Source of the DNA: Flavisolibacter sp.
Lineage (GTDB): Bacteria > Bacteroidota > Bacteroidia > Chitinophagales > Chitinophagaceae
Assembly: GCA_035510335.1 (NCBI GenBank)
Contig: DATKHJ010000057.1
Span: 8,270-72,269 of the forward strand
Reading direction: 5' to 3'
DNA length: 64,000 nucleotides
Part shown: piece by piece, positions 9,814 to 20,321 of the stretch
Numbering within the stretch: the stretch's first letter is position 1
Layout of the letters: each line of letters begins with the position of its first letter
Made by a program: the position numbers and the translations under genes
Notes under the pieces: model-generated
What the model was told of the DNA's origin: nothing
The model's input: the letters and a program-made list of their open reading frames with translations, nothing else
Database searches by the model: none

Positions 9814-11148
9814 TCACTTTCTGTTTGTAGCAAATCCCAATTTGTTCCTAGACTTCACCACCAGGTTAAAAAAATTAGTTTGCTTCTCTGTCATCGATTT
9901 AGCGGTATATTCTTCAAATGCCCGGTGGTTAAGATTGGCATTCTGTACGTTTTGATCCAGAACAGATTCCAGGTAACGGTAACATTCATTCACCAGGTGC
10001 ACCTGGTTGCTTTCTGGCTCAGCATCTTTAAAAGAAACAACCTTGCTGTTCGATGTTGAACGGATGATTTCACAAACACTGCTCTTTTCATGAAATACAG
10101 CGAGCATTGGTTTGTCAAGATAGATATAGGGATAGATTTTTGAAGCCGTGTAAGTTGAATCCGTAGAACCTGGCACACAAAGTATATCTGCTTTCGACAA
10201 TAAAAAAAGTGTTTCAAAATACGGTAACCGGTCACTGATTTCTGTTACCTGGTCTGCTATGCCACACCTCTCGGCAATGGGCGCAAAGGTTTTTTGTCCT
10301 TCACCTGCTTTCGCATAACTGGTGCCAATAAACCATAGCCGTAATCTTTTAAAGAGATCTGGACGGTCTTTTAACCCGGACTTTATTGCCCTGAAGATTA
10401 TACTGGCTGCAAACTCCATGTCTTGCCCGCCCCGGCCGATGTAAACCATGTTTATTTCATCGTTTGAAAAAGGCACATCCGAACGATGAACATTTTTTTG
10501 GGCTATTGGAAAATCCTGGATGGCACAGCCAAACGGAATGACACGAAAATGATTTTCTGAAAGGTTAGGATAACGGTCCAGGTAAAGGTCGCGGTAACCG
10601 GCCGATACGCTGATAATGCCATCTGCATACGGGATTGTTCTTTCCTCCAGGTGTTTATCCAGGCGGTGATACATCCATGCTTTCGCTGTTTTTTTCGCCA
10701 ACGCATGATTGAAGTAATAAGTGTTATACCAGGGATCCTGGATGTCGAGTATAAACGGAACGCCAAACTTTTTCTTCCAGCGTGGGCCGAGGGCCATTAC
10801 ATGAAAGGCAGTTGTAGAGAAATAAACTAAATCAAACTTTTCTTTCTGTAAAAGTTCATCACCCTTCTTCCTGATTTGGAAAAAAGCACGGATGGAAAGG
10901 CTGCCAATGCCTAATTTACGGGTAAAGGAAGTCTTGAGCGCAGGTACTTTGCAAATCCTGATATCTTGCGGAAAGGTTTGCAAGAGCAGGTTGTCAACGC
11001 TATAGGCGTCAACGTATTTTTCATCAACGGTCAATACAGTTGGCTCCCAGCCATTTTCACGCAAATAAGGCAGGCTCTGACGCACCCGCTGCATGTCTGC
11101 GGTATTAAAGGGTGGAAAATAGGGTGAGATAATGAGAACCTTTTTCAA
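9814..11148 (-). CDS. Glycosyltransferase family 4-like
   Basis: LIISPYFPP, LDIQDPW, ASKIYPYIYLDKPMLA; TTG start. Confidence 0.8.
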   Translation of the reverse strand: MKKVLIISPYFPPFNTADMQRVRQSLPYLRENGWEPTVLTVDEKYVDAYSVDNLLLQTFPQDIRICKVPALKTSFTRKLGIGSLSIRAFFQIRKKGDELLQKEKFDLVYFSTTAFHVMALGPRWKKKFGVPFILDIQDPWYNTYYFNHALAKKTAKAWMYHRLDKHLEERTIPYADGIISVSAGYRDLYLDRYPNLSENHFRVIPFGCAIQDFPIAQKNVHRSDVPFSNDEINMVYIGRGGQDMEFAASIIFRAIKSGLKDRPDLFKRLRLWFIGTSYAKAGEGQKTFAPIAERCGIADQVTEISDRLPYFETLFLLSKADILCVPGSTDSTYTASKIYPYIYLDKPMLAVFHEKSSVCEIIRSTSNSKVVSFKDAEPESNQVHLVNECYRYLESVLDQNVQNANLNHRAFEEYTAKSMTEKQTNFFNLVVKSRNKLGFATNRK

Positions 11149-11171
11149 GCAACGATTTTAAAAAGCGAAAG

Positions 11172-12434
11172 TTACTGTTCTTGCGCTACAATTAAATTGA
11201 CAGGCGCCTTGGTGTTTAAAATTCTTTCTATCCCGGCAATTAATTTGGCAGACTCTCTTTCCCAATTAAAACTTTCTTGGGCTACATTTTTTGCCTTTTC
11301 TTTTGCCAGCCAAAGCTTTTCTCTATTCTCCAGAAACCACGACATTGCTCTTGCCAGGTCGTTTGCGTCGTTCTGGAGACAAAGCGAAACGGCCTCCGGG
11401 AACTCCTGAAAAATGTCTTTCTGACCATAGGTATCTGTGCCTACAATAGCTAGCCCCGACATTAGGTAAGAAAATATTTTGTTTGTTACACAGATATTCC
11501 GGTTAACGGAGATGTCTGATTCTAGCGCTAAACCAATGTCATAATGTGCCGCATCTGCAATAATCTTTTCCGCCAGGATTGGTGGATGAAAAAAGAACTT
11601 TTCAGTTAGTCCAGCTTGGCCGATTAATGCTTTCAATGTGCTCTCGTAAGATGCGCTATGAAAACTGCCACGTAAATGCACCTCAAACGGATGTTGGATT
11701 TGCGCCGCAGCTTCAACTAATGTTTCAAGACTGCGATTTGGGCCAATTACTTGAGAATACCAATAAAACCTAACAACGCCACTTTTCTTAGGTGATGAAA
11801 CCGCCTCCCTGGGAAAGACATTTAAAATGGTTTGTGGCAACGGCAGCTTGTACTTACGGGCATAGGCCTCCCCTATTCCTTTGGACGCAGCAGTGATGTA
11901 TGTGCAATGCGGAAGGTATTTGGTCTCCACATAACTTATTAATGCTTCATCCTTCGATGGCTCCTTACCTTCATTCATCTCGCTATGAAAGTCCTCCGCA
12001 TCGAAGCAAAATTTGGCTTTGTTCAATTTTGCTGCTGCGTATGCAAGCGGCAAAGCTTCGGCATGGTGAGCTATGTAAATGTCAGCGTTTTCATTTACCG
12101 CCAACTTCTTTAAGCTATCATATCCTTTCAACAGTGTTCGTTCGGCTATGCCCATGCCGAACGTAAAGCGGCTGAGCATAGCATACATCTTTTGTGTTAC
12201 CGAAAACAGCAGCCAGCGTTTTTTTTCTGCTGCAATCTCCTTCCGGTAGTTGACCGTTTTCAGTTGCCAACTGCGTGTTTGCATCAACAGTGCATCAAAC
12301 TGCGCTTGCTGCTGGTGGTTGTTCACAGTAACAACTGTAACCTGATATCCCCGGTTATGAAAAGCGTCCGCTTCTTTCAAAACCCTTGGGTTGTAGCTGA
12401 TATGATGTGTTGTAACAATGCAGATCTTTTTCAC
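11172..12434 (-). CDS. Glycosyltransferase family 4-like
   Basis: NPRVLKEA, FDAEDFH, NKIFSYLMSGLAIV; GTG start. Confidence 0.8.
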   Translation of the reverse strand: MKKICIVTTHHISYNPRVLKEADAFHNRGYQVTVVTVNNHQQQAQFDALLMQTRSWQLKTVNYRKEIAAEKKRWLLFSVTQKMYAMLSRFTFGMGIAERTLLKGYDSLKKLAVNENADIYIAHHAEALPLAYAAAKLNKAKFCFDAEDFHSEMNEGKEPSKDEALISYVETKYLPHCTYITAASKGIGEAYARKYKLPLPQTILNVFPREAVSSPKKSGVVRFYWYSQVIGPNRSLETLVEAAAQIQHPFEVHLRGSFHSASYESTLKALIGQAGLTEKFFFHPPILAEKIIADAAHYDIGLALESDISVNRNICVTNKIFSYLMSGLAIVGTDTYGQKDIFQEFPEAVSLCLQNDANDLARAMSWFLENREKLWLAKEKAKNVAQESFNWERESAKLIAGIERILNTKAPVNLIVAQEQ

Positions 12435-12475
12435 AGAGTCGTTCTTAGGTGATTGCCGGAAGTCGACACAATAAT

Positions 12476-13627
12476 TTAAACAGCTACAGGTTCTTCTAAA
12501 AATGCGCTGATTGTATCAATGTGTTTTTTGTAAGTATTCTCCAGCGAAAACGCTATACGCTGTTTTTGCTTTTCCGGCTGGTTGTATTCTTCAATGTTTG
12601 TAATGACATGTTGAAACAGGGCTGGCAAATTTTCATTGGTGTATTCGCGAGGCATTTCCAGCAGACCATCTGTGTTTTCATACGTAATAATGCGGTTGGA
12701 TATGCAGACCTTACCGGTACTTAAATATTCAATTATCTTATGGCAGTTAGACGATTTATTGTAATCTGTCAGGTAATTATAGCAGGTCAGGAATGCATCC
12801 ATCTCCTGCATGTCAAGCGCCAGTTTGGACTGTGGATGAATACCATGGAGAAACACATTTTTACTTTGTTTCAAAAAGGCAAGAAAGCTTTTTAATCCTT
12901 CGCTCAACGTTGAGCCAAGCGTGTTGTCCTTTTCTTCATACGGACCATAGATATGAAACTCAATCGATGGGTTTTGCGTCACGATCAGTTTAATCGTCTC
13001 ATAGTCCATACGGTTGCCTTGCAAAAGATTACCAACGTAGGCGACTTTTACCGGCTGGTGGGTTTCTGATTTCAATCCGGTTTTAAGCCGTTCTTTTGCC
13101 AGTGAGCTGAAACGCTTGTTTAATCCATGATTGAGCAAAAGTTTTGGTTTATCGCTGAAGTCAAAATAATCCATAATCAGCGAAGAAATAGTAGCAATAC
13201 CGTCCGATTCTCTGGCAAGAGTTTTTAAAGTTGCATTGTCATGTTGGTCAACAATGAATAACAGTTTCTTTTTTGCATTAAACGGACGAAACCCTGCAAA
13301 AATATTCGGCTCAAAGCACCATAGTTCGTCAAATTTCGCAAGTTTATTCAGCTTCCTCACCAGCGAATTGTTGATGATAAAATCATAAACAGGTCTTGCT
13401 TTAAATCGTAAAACGTGAACCGGCACCGAAAGGTCGTAGTCAACTAGAAACAGGTTTGGCTGCTCTTCTTTCACTCTTACGTTCAGCTTCGTTGAAAATT
13501 TTTTATAGGTAGGTGGGTTAAGAAAATAAACTTTGTTTCCTGCCTCCGCCAGTTCGATGGCGTAGTTATGTTTGGAAAGAAACATTTTTCCCCATGGCTG
13601 GGGCGAAATAAGCAAATACGTTTTCAT
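12476..13627 (-). CDS. GT-B glycosyltransferase (TuaH-like)
   Basis: LSKHNYAIELA, AYVGNL, KIIEYLSTGKVCIS. Confidence 0.7.
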   Translation of the reverse strand: MKTYLLISPQPWGKMFLSKHNYAIELAEAGNKVYFLNPPTYKKFSTKLNVRVKEEQPNLFLVDYDLSVPVHVLRFKARPVYDFIINNSLVRKLNKLAKFDELWCFEPNIFAGFRPFNAKKKLLFIVDQHDNATLKTLARESDGIATISSLIMDYFDFSDKPKLLLNHGLNKRFSSLAKERLKTGLKSETHQPVKVAYVGNLLQGNRMDYETIKLIVTQNPSIEFHIYGPYEEKDNTLGSTLSEGLKSFLAFLKQSKNVFLHGIHPQSKLALDMQEMDAFLTCYNYLTDYNKSSNCHKIIEYLSTGKVCISNRIITYENTDGLLEMPREYTNENLPALFQHVITNIEEYNQPEKQKQRIAFSLENTYKKHIDTISAFLEEPVAV

Positions 13628-13645
13628 AATTCAGCCAAGATCTGT

Positions 13646-14698
13646 TTAATAGAATACCTCTTCATAATAACGCACAAACGACTTACCCCATTCAATGGAT
13701 AACTCATCAAAACAAATATCCGTGTATTCCTGCAGTATTGCCAAAACCGGCAGGTTGATGCCAATACCAAGAGCCGCAACGCTGGTGCCCTGTATGCGTG
13801 GGTTGATTTCAAGTATGCGGTAGTCTCCATCGCTGTTGGCTTTCACCTGTAATCCTATTGGGCCGGACAAATGGAGAGAACTGATGATGTTTTCGCAATA
13901 CGCAATGATGGCATCGTGTTTAATAAATGTTCCCTGCACAGAAATTCCACCATTCATTTTTGATCGTATCCGTGGGACGACAATTTTGGGCTTGCCGTTA
14001 TGAACAATTGTATCAATTGTAAACTCATCACCTGGCAGGTATTCCGACACAAGCAATTCAGGAAAATCGCGGTTCTGCAGAATGTCTTTTATACGATCAA
14101 GCGTTGAAAACAGGTTGGTTGGCTTGTGATGAAACAACAAGTCAAATTCGTCTATGTCCTCCTGCAAAACCCGTACACCGCGACTTCCGTTGGACACAGT
14201 TGGTTTGATGCACACAGGCTTTTTGGGGTAGCCTAACCTGCGAACAGCGTTTTCAAGTTCTTCCAAAGTAGTTGCAATCTCAAATGCCGGAACAGCAATC
14301 TGGTGCCGATAAAGATGTTGATATAATTTTCCCTTGTCGTTTGCTATTGACAAACTGTTGTAATCTGACACAATTACCTTAATGTTCTGCGATAAGAATT
14401 CTTCTTTGTGTTCTGCAAACTTAAAAAGTTCGCGGGTCACCAATGGGAAGATGACCTCTATGTTGTTTTCCTTACAGAATTTTAAAACAAAAGGAATGAA
14501 TTCTTTGCTGCCAGCCTGCGGCAGCTCAACAAATTTATCACTCAGAAACCGGCCGCTTGCCAATGCATTACAGTCGCCGGTAAAGAGATTGAATGGACCC
14601 TGCTTTAACGCTTTGATGATTCCGGGCCCACCCGGTGCGCCTGCACCCGTCATCAGCAAATTTATCTTTTGCCGGCTGTTGAAATTTATATAATCCAT
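13646..14698 (-). CDS. ATP-grasp ligase (carbamoyl-phosphate-synthase-like)
   Basis: TGAGAPGG, ANDKGKL, CIKPTVSNGSRG, SEYLPGDEFTID, LEINPRIQG. Confidence 0.85.
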   Translation of the reverse strand: MDYINFNSRQKINLLMTGAGAPGGPGIIKALKQGPFNLFTGDCNALASGRFLSDKFVELPQAGSKEFIPFVLKFCKENNIEVIFPLVTRELFKFAEHKEEFLSQNIKVIVSDYNSLSIANDKGKLYQHLYRHQIAVPAFEIATTLEELENAVRRLGYPKKPVCIKPTVSNGSRGVRVLQEDIDEFDLLFHHKPTNLFSTLDRIKDILQNRDFPELLVSEYLPGDEFTIDTIVHNGKPKIVVPRIRSKMNGGISVQGTFIKHDAIIAYCENIISSLHLSGPIGLQVKANSDGDYRILEINPRIQGTSVAALGIGINLPVLAILQEYTDICFDELSIEWGKSFVRYYEEVFY

Positions 14699-15315
14699 CT
14701 TACTACTTCAAAAGCCTCCGCATATTTATGCCCCGATTGAACGCCTCTTACTTTTGCCAATGAAGTAATAAAATCGCTATTGGCATACGGACGATGAGCC
14801 TGCGACTTATACTCAGCCAGGGCTTTGCATTTTGATTCCATGTGCTCATCTTCAAGCTTGATAAAGCACGAGGTATTAAAGTTGAAATTATTCCAAGGAA
14901 GTTCGTAACACAAAACACTGGAAAACTTAAATGCCCGTATACCTTCGTTCGTAATGGTAAAATGATCCTGGTGAATATCATGGATAGAAGGCATGAAGAC
15001 CACATCCGGCGAAATCTGTTTCTTGATTTTCAGGATATCGTCCAGGATTTCCTGTCGCCGGTAATTAAACGTTCGCACATCATAATCAAGCAAAATGAGG
15101 TTCTCCCGTTTAATTCCCAAAACGCTGGTTGCTGCTTTTACTTCTTCCAATAATACATCCGCATCAAATGGTGGCGGCACCGACGTTTGGCACGCCGAAA
15201 ACGCCACATAATAAACATCGTGTCGGTCTATCCACTTGCAAATAGTGCCGCCGCAACCAAATTCACCATCATCGGTGTGCGGCGCTAAAACTAAAATCCG
15301 TTTTCTGCTTCCCAT
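14686..15315 (-). CDS. PIG-L/LmbE family de-N-acetylase
   Basis: LAPHTDDGEFGCGG, DIHQDH, YKSQ, AEAF. Confidence 0.9.
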   Translation of the reverse strand: MGSRKRILVLAPHTDDGEFGCGGTICKWIDRHDVYYVAFSACQTSVPPPFDADVLLEEVKAATSVLGIKRENLILLDYDVRTFNYRRQEILDDILKIKKQISPDVVFMPSIHDIHQDHFTITNEGIRAFKFSSVLCYELPWNNFNFNTSCFIKLEDEHMESKCKALAEYKSQAHRPYANSDFITSLAKVRGVQSGHKYAEAFEVVRWII

Positions 15316-15339
15316 AGAATATTGTATTAGGATAGTTGG

Positions 15340-16446
15340 TTATGCCTGGTAAAATGCACGGATTGTGTCAGCGATGTAGGCAATTTGCGCTTCTTCCAGT
15401 TCTGGATACATTGGCAACGAAAGAATCTGGTTTTGCAAGGCAGTTGCTACTGGAAAATCAGATGGCGTTGTGCCGAGGTATGCATATGCCTGAAGGTTTG
15501 GTAATGGTGTTGGATAATGAATAGCAGTTTCAATTCCTTTTTCCTTCAAATAAGCCATTAGTTCATTACGGCGCTGTGCTTTAATAACATAAAGGTGATA
15601 CGTATGCTTGCTGTTTGGACGAACCTTCGGGATTTCAATTCCGGAGATTCCTTCAAGGTGTTTATCGTAAACGGCGGCGTTCTTAATGCGTTGCTCTGTC
15701 CACTGTAAGATATAAGGCAGCTTCGCAGTCAGAATCGCAGCCTGCAGTCCATCCATGCGGCTGTTGATGCCTTCCATTTCATGCTGGTGCTTGATTAAGG
15801 CGCCATGGTTTGCATACATACGAAAACGTGCAGCCATTTCATCATCATTAGTGATGATACAACCGGCGTCGCCATAAGCGCCAAGGTTTTTCCCTGGATA
15901 AAAGCTGAAGCTTCCGGCAATACCAACTGTACCCGCCCTGCGGCCGTTAAATTCGGAAAAATGTGACTGTGCACAGTCTTCAATCAGGTGAATTTTGTGC
16001 TTTTTGCAGATGCTTTCAATCTTGTCAAGGTCGCAAGCCTGCCCTTGTAAATGAACAAGGATGATCGCTTTTGTCTTGGGCGTAATAACTTTTTCGATAG
16101 CATCATCATCAATGCTGAAGTAATCGGCATTGACATCAACAAAGACAGGGGTTGCACCTGTTTGGCCAATTGTCTCCGCGCTTGAAATCCAGCTGTTGGC
16201 CACGGTAATTACCTCGTCACCTTTGCCGATGCCGAGCATTTTCATTATGATATATAGCGAATCTGTTCCGTTAGCGCAACTGATTACATGCTTGACGCCG
16301 TATAATTCAGCAAACTTCTTTTCAAACTCCTTTACATAATGTCCGCCAATGAAAGCGGTTTGTTCAATAACATTGTTAATTGCTGAATCAATGTTCTCCT
16401 TGATAGAGTGGTACTGCGATTTTAGATCAACAAAGGGAATATTCAT
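15340..16446 (-). CDS. DegT/DnrJ sugar aminotransferase (WbpE/PorR-like)
   Basis: IPFVDL, NGTDSL, IEDCAQSH, SFYPGKNLGAYGDAG, NSRMDGLQAA. Confidence 0.92.
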   Translation of the reverse strand: MNIPFVDLKSQYHSIKENIDSAINNVIEQTAFIGGHYVKEFEKKFAELYGVKHVISCANGTDSLYIIMKMLGIGKGDEVITVANSWISSAETIGQTGATPVFVDVNADYFSIDDDAIEKVITPKTKAIILVHLQGQACDLDKIESICKKHKIHLIEDCAQSHFSEFNGRRAGTVGIAGSFSFYPGKNLGAYGDAGCIITNDDEMAARFRMYANHGALIKHQHEMEGINSRMDGLQAAILTAKLPYILQWTEQRIKNAAVYDKHLEGISGIEIPKVRPNSKHTYHLYVIKAQRRNELMAYLKEKGIETAIHYPTPLPNLQAYAYLGTTPSDFPVATALQNQILSLPMYPELEEAQIAYIADTIRAFYQA

Positions 16447-16448
16447 GA

Positions 16449-16916
16449 CTATATGTTTCTTAATTTTTTCGCGGGATTACCTACATAAATCCCAGGTTCT
16501 GTAATATTTTTTGTTACAACTGCGCCAGCTGCAATTACCACATTGTCGCAAATGTTAACTGGTAAAATTGTTGCGTTTGAACCGATGGAAACCTGGTTCC
16601 CGATATGCGTTTCTTTCCAGAGATCTTTGTTGCCCCTAGCCGGTCCACCGGTAGAAAAAAGATCGTTGATGAACATGACACCATGGCCAATAAAACAATC
16701 GTTACCGATAGTTACCAGTTCACAGATAAAGCTGTGCGACTGCACCTTGGTACGATCACCGATGGTCACATCTTTCTGGATTTCTGTAAATGGACCAATG
16801 AAACAATCATTGCCAATATTACAACCATAGAGGTTTGCGGGCATCACTACTTTTACATTGCTGCCAAAGACGACGTCTTCTTTTATCTGGCTCTCAAAAA
16901 CAGTTGGTTTATGCAT
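16449..16916 (-). CDS. Hexapeptide N-acetyltransferase (WbpD/WlbB-like)
   Basis: LbH repeats, IGHGVMFIND, IGSNATILP, VGNPAK. Confidence 0.88.
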   Translation of the reverse strand: MHKPTVFESQIKEDVVFGSNVKVVMPANLYGCNIGNDCFIGPFTEIQKDVTIGDRTKVQSHSFICELVTIGNDCFIGHGVMFINDLFSTGGPARGNKDLWKETHIGNQVSIGSNATILPVNICDNVVIAAGAVVTKNITEPGIYVGNPAKKLRNI

Positions 16917-16935
16917 TCAATAAAGATTATACGGA

Positions 16936-17925
16936 TTAGCTGAACTGCAGCTTTCTTTTAATTCTATTTTTTACGTTACGGTATGACCTTGCCATGAAAA
17001 GATTGGCATTGAATAAATCTTTGCCCACTTTCGATCTCCGCTGCCAGGTGTTGTACAATTTCTGCGCATCATCAAAAAGCAACCTCTCCCAATCTCCCAA
17101 TATCTTTTCCTGCGAATAATCTTTTACCCGCCTGTGGCCGTTTTCCACCATTTTTCGCACCAAGTCCGGACTTCCTTTCAGCCTTGTCAGGCCTGCCAGT
17201 AATTCGTCGGCACTGGCTACCTCAATAAAATCGAGGGATGATTCTTCCATTGCTTTAAACGCACTTTCATTAGTTGCCAGAACCGGAACGCCGGCAGCCC
17301 AGCCATTGATCAGTTTTGAATTTGGCTTGTGGTATTGCGGATTGCCGGTAAAGTCGCGGATGGCTATGACTGCATCAATTTTTGAGTAGTCATTAAAGTC
17401 GCGATCGATGATTTCTAACGTTAGTCCCTCCTTTGCCAGCGCATTGCGAAATTCATCGGTTTGCAGGCTTCTTTCCAATTGATCTCGATGACCGAAAAAT
17501 CCAATGCGCTCAAATTTGTCAGCCCTTGTTTTGTCACGCGGAATAATTCCCGGCTGCGGCCAAATATTAATGAAACGCCATAGCGGATAACCAAAAGGCT
17601 TTAGGTAGTCCCTGTGTTGCCAGGGATTTTGGGATACATGTATGTGTGCAAAAAAACGTGGCGGTGTATCTGCCAGCGTAGAGATGAGAACAACATTTTT
17701 GGGCGGCTTTTGTAATAGTGGGTACATACAGGCCGACACCACAACAATACCGTCTTGCGGCATCTCATCAACCAGTTCTACTTTGTGCCCTGCATTTTTG
17801 AGATGAAAATAGGTAGCCCACTCCCAGATTAATGCAGGAATGTGCAGGGTAAATTCGGCCACATGGTCAAGTCCTTGGACTTGCTTGTAATACTCCGGGT
17901 GTAATAAAAAACGAACAGGCGCCAT
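16936..17925 (-). CDS. GT-B glycosyltransferase-like protein
   Basis: IDAVIAIR, HKPNSKLINGWAAGVPVLA C-terminal GT motif. Confidence 0.6.
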   Translation of the reverse strand: MAPVRFLLHPEYYKQVQGLDHVAEFTLHIPALIWEWATYFHLKNAGHKVELVDEMPQDGIVVVSACMYPLLQKPPKNVVLISTLADTPPRFFAHIHVSQNPWQHRDYLKPFGYPLWRFINIWPQPGIIPRDKTRADKFERIGFFGHRDQLERSLQTDEFRNALAKEGLTLEIIDRDFNDYSKIDAVIAIRDFTGNPQYHKPNSKLINGWAAGVPVLATNESAFKAMEESSLDFIEVASADELLAGLTRLKGSPDLVRKMVENGHRRVKDYSQEKILGDWERLLFDDAQKLYNTWQRRSKVGKDLFNANLFMARSYRNVKNRIKRKLQFS

Positions 17926-18377
17926 AAAACAGGTTTCGTATTAATTGGTTATGGAGTAAGTTGCTTCTGGAAACTTTCATTTATCAGAAAGAATTCCCAT
18001 GACAAAAACAGATCTCCAAAAAACGACTGGCGACTAGTCACTCTTTTGACTATCGATTCTCGGTAATAACGTTGTGCGTTCTGGTACAGCATTTTATTCA
18101 CTATAGCGGGACCTGCCGCCGGCCCGCCAAGATAGGATATCAATGTTTGGAATCAAATATTTCAGGCCTTAAGTTGTATGGATTTATAAAAAAAATGGAC
18201 GATGTATTGGCCAATCCATCTAAGCGTCAAAAATTGTTTTACAGCACCTTCAACTTATTGCAGAGAGGCAGCCGCCGTTTGCATTCCGGCATTTTTCTGT
18301 TGGATAAGCTGCCTTATGTTGTCGATTATTCAAAAAGCTGTCGCCCCTAACGTAGCAGGATAACTGGATTTCGCTTC

Positions 18378-19283
18378 TTATTTGTTATACTGCCTGCGTA
18401 GCAGCGTGTACTTCAAAACTTTGGCCTTAACAATGGCAAGCCTTGTGTAATACTTCCATCGCTGCTTCCATTTTCCGTTTGGCACTTTGGCGTAATAGAA
18501 ATCTTCATAAAAGCGAAGAATATCGTAGCGTGGAAAGCGCCTGAAATCAACTGGTTTAACACCTGCCCAGTGAAGAATGTAAGGGATGCCTTTTTTGCGA
18601 CGAATGCCTTCGAGGTCGATCGCGTTGGCTTCCGGAAGCCCAGGCCATATCCAAAAATCAGCGTAGCGGATGTTTGCCTTGCCTTTTTGCGCTGCTTTCA
18701 CTAATACATAGTTTAGCACGCCCTGGTCTGCATGTTTAAAAATTTCTGGATGTCTGCTTCTGAATTTCGGTTCGAATTCCACTACCGAAGCACAATCTTC
18801 TTTGTTAACAATGCCGCTCGTTAATATGATCTGGCCGGTGTTAAAGCCATAGCCAGGATATTGATACGAAGGATCGAACGTTTCGATCTTTTTCATATCA
18901 ATATAATGACCATTAATTGTGCCGTTGAATTTGTCCTTTTCCTGCATGCCCGTCACCACAAAATCTTCAGGGTACTTTGCTAATTCGTCGAGTACAGGTC
19001 CAAGAAAAACAACATCGGAGTCTAAAAAAAGATATCGTTCTTTCTGCTTGGCAAGTAACAACGCAAATTTTCCCCAGCCCCATCCAAACTGCCTCCTATC
19101 AGTCGGAAAATCTTTTACGCCGAACGCTTTTTCCATTTCCTCGGTTGAAAAGTCGCCCTGCGAATAATCTTTAATTAAAAAGATTTCCACGTTCGGGTAC
19201 CAATATCTGATACTGGCCACGCAAGGCTTTAAAAGATTCATGTCTTTTTTAAAGCAGGCAATGGCAATTTTGTCAATTTTCAT
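18378..19283 (-). CDS. GT8-like glycosyltransferase
   Basis: LFLDSDVV, FNTGQI, ADQGVLNY, ILHWAGVKP. Confidence 0.7.
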   Translation of the reverse strand: MKIDKIAIACFKKDMNLLKPCVASIRYWYPNVEIFLIKDYSQGDFSTEEMEKAFGVKDFPTDRRQFGWGWGKFALLLAKQKERYLFLDSDVVFLGPVLDELAKYPEDFVVTGMQEKDKFNGTINGHYIDMKKIETFDPSYQYPGYGFNTGQIILTSGIVNKEDCASVVEFEPKFRSRHPEIFKHADQGVLNYVLVKAAQKGKANIRYADFWIWPGLPEANAIDLEGIRRKKGIPYILHWAGVKPVDFRRFPRYDILRFYEDFYYAKVPNGKWKQRWKYYTRLAIVKAKVLKYTLLRRQYNK

Positions 19284-19314
19284 GCGGTCTCGTTAGGTGG
19301 AAAGGGGCAATGAT

Positions 19315-20319
19315 TTATTTAGCTGCAGCGTAGATTTTGTCTATAATCTCTACGGTCTTCAAGCCTTCAAAAGCATTGGTAGAAATGCTGGCGTTGTTTG
19401 TAAGTACGGCAATCAGGTTTTCGTAAACTTTATCATGATTGCTCATTGACCCCTGGTAAGTACCGTAGTTGTTGGCTTTTGCACCTTCCGGAAGATTTTC
19501 AATCCGGTAGCCCTCAATGTTTTGGTACTCCAGCTCATTCAGGTATTGCCCCCCAATCTTCACCGTTCCTTTCTCACCAAAAATTGTTAGCGAACCTTCC
19601 ATGTTTTTCTGGTAGCTGTTTACTGTATAGTTAATGGTTCCAATTACGCCGTTGTAAAATTCAACAATGGCAACGCCGGTATCTTCAAAGTCAATGATGT
19701 CTTTGTGCGCATAGTTACCCATGTACGATTGCACCCGCTTAATATCACCAACCATCCAGTAAAGCAAATCAATAAAATGGCTGAACTGTGTATAGAGCGT
19801 ACCCCCATCCAGATCCTGCGTTCCTTTCCAGGAGTTTGCATAATAATCAGGGTTACGGTTCCAGAAACAGCTAAGCTGAATACTGTATAGTTTTCCCAGG
19901 CGTCCTTCATCTATGGCTTGCTTAACGGCAACAATCGGCGGGTTAAACCGGTTTTGCTTTATGGCAAAGAGACGTTTGTTCGACTGCTCAGCAGCTTTAA
20001 TCATCTCTCCACAATCGTTCACACTGATAGCCATTGGCTTTTCACATAAAACATGGTAGCCGGCTTTCAGTGCTTCAATGGCGTGCTGGGCATGTAAGCC
20101 GTTAGGAGAACAGATAGAGATTACGTCAACGTTTCCATTGCTTGCCTGTAAAAGGTCGTGAAGGGAGTAAAATGCTTTTGCGCCATATTGAGAAGCCAGC
20201 TTGTCGGCTTTATCACAATCAACATCACAAACGGCAACAAGTTCTGCCTGTTTGTTAATGTGTTCTGCATGACGTTGTGCAATGCGGCCGCAGCCAATCA
20301 ATCCAAATCTTAGTTTCAT
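19315..20319 (-). CDS. Gfo/Idh/MocA oxidoreductase (WbpB/WlbA-like sugar 3-dehydrogenase)
   Basis: GLIGCGRIAQRH, CSPNGLH, CEKPMA, KQNRFNP, DGGTLYTQFSHFID. Confidence 0.88.
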   Translation of the reverse strand: MKLRFGLIGCGRIAQRHAEHINKQAELVAVCDVDCDKADKLASQYGAKAFYSLHDLLQASNGNVDVISICSPNGLHAQHAIEALKAGYHVLCEKPMAISVNDCGEMIKAAEQSNKRLFAIKQNRFNPPIVAVKQAIDEGRLGKLYSIQLSCFWNRNPDYYANSWKGTQDLDGGTLYTQFSHFIDLLYWMVGDIKRVQSYMGNYAHKDIIDFEDTGVAIVEFYNGVIGTINYTVNSYQKNMEGSLTIFGEKGTVKIGGQYLNELEYQNIEGYRIENLPEGAKANNYGTYQGSMSNHDKVYENLIAVLTNNASISTNAFEGLKTVEIIDKIYAAAK

Positions 20320-20321
20320 AA

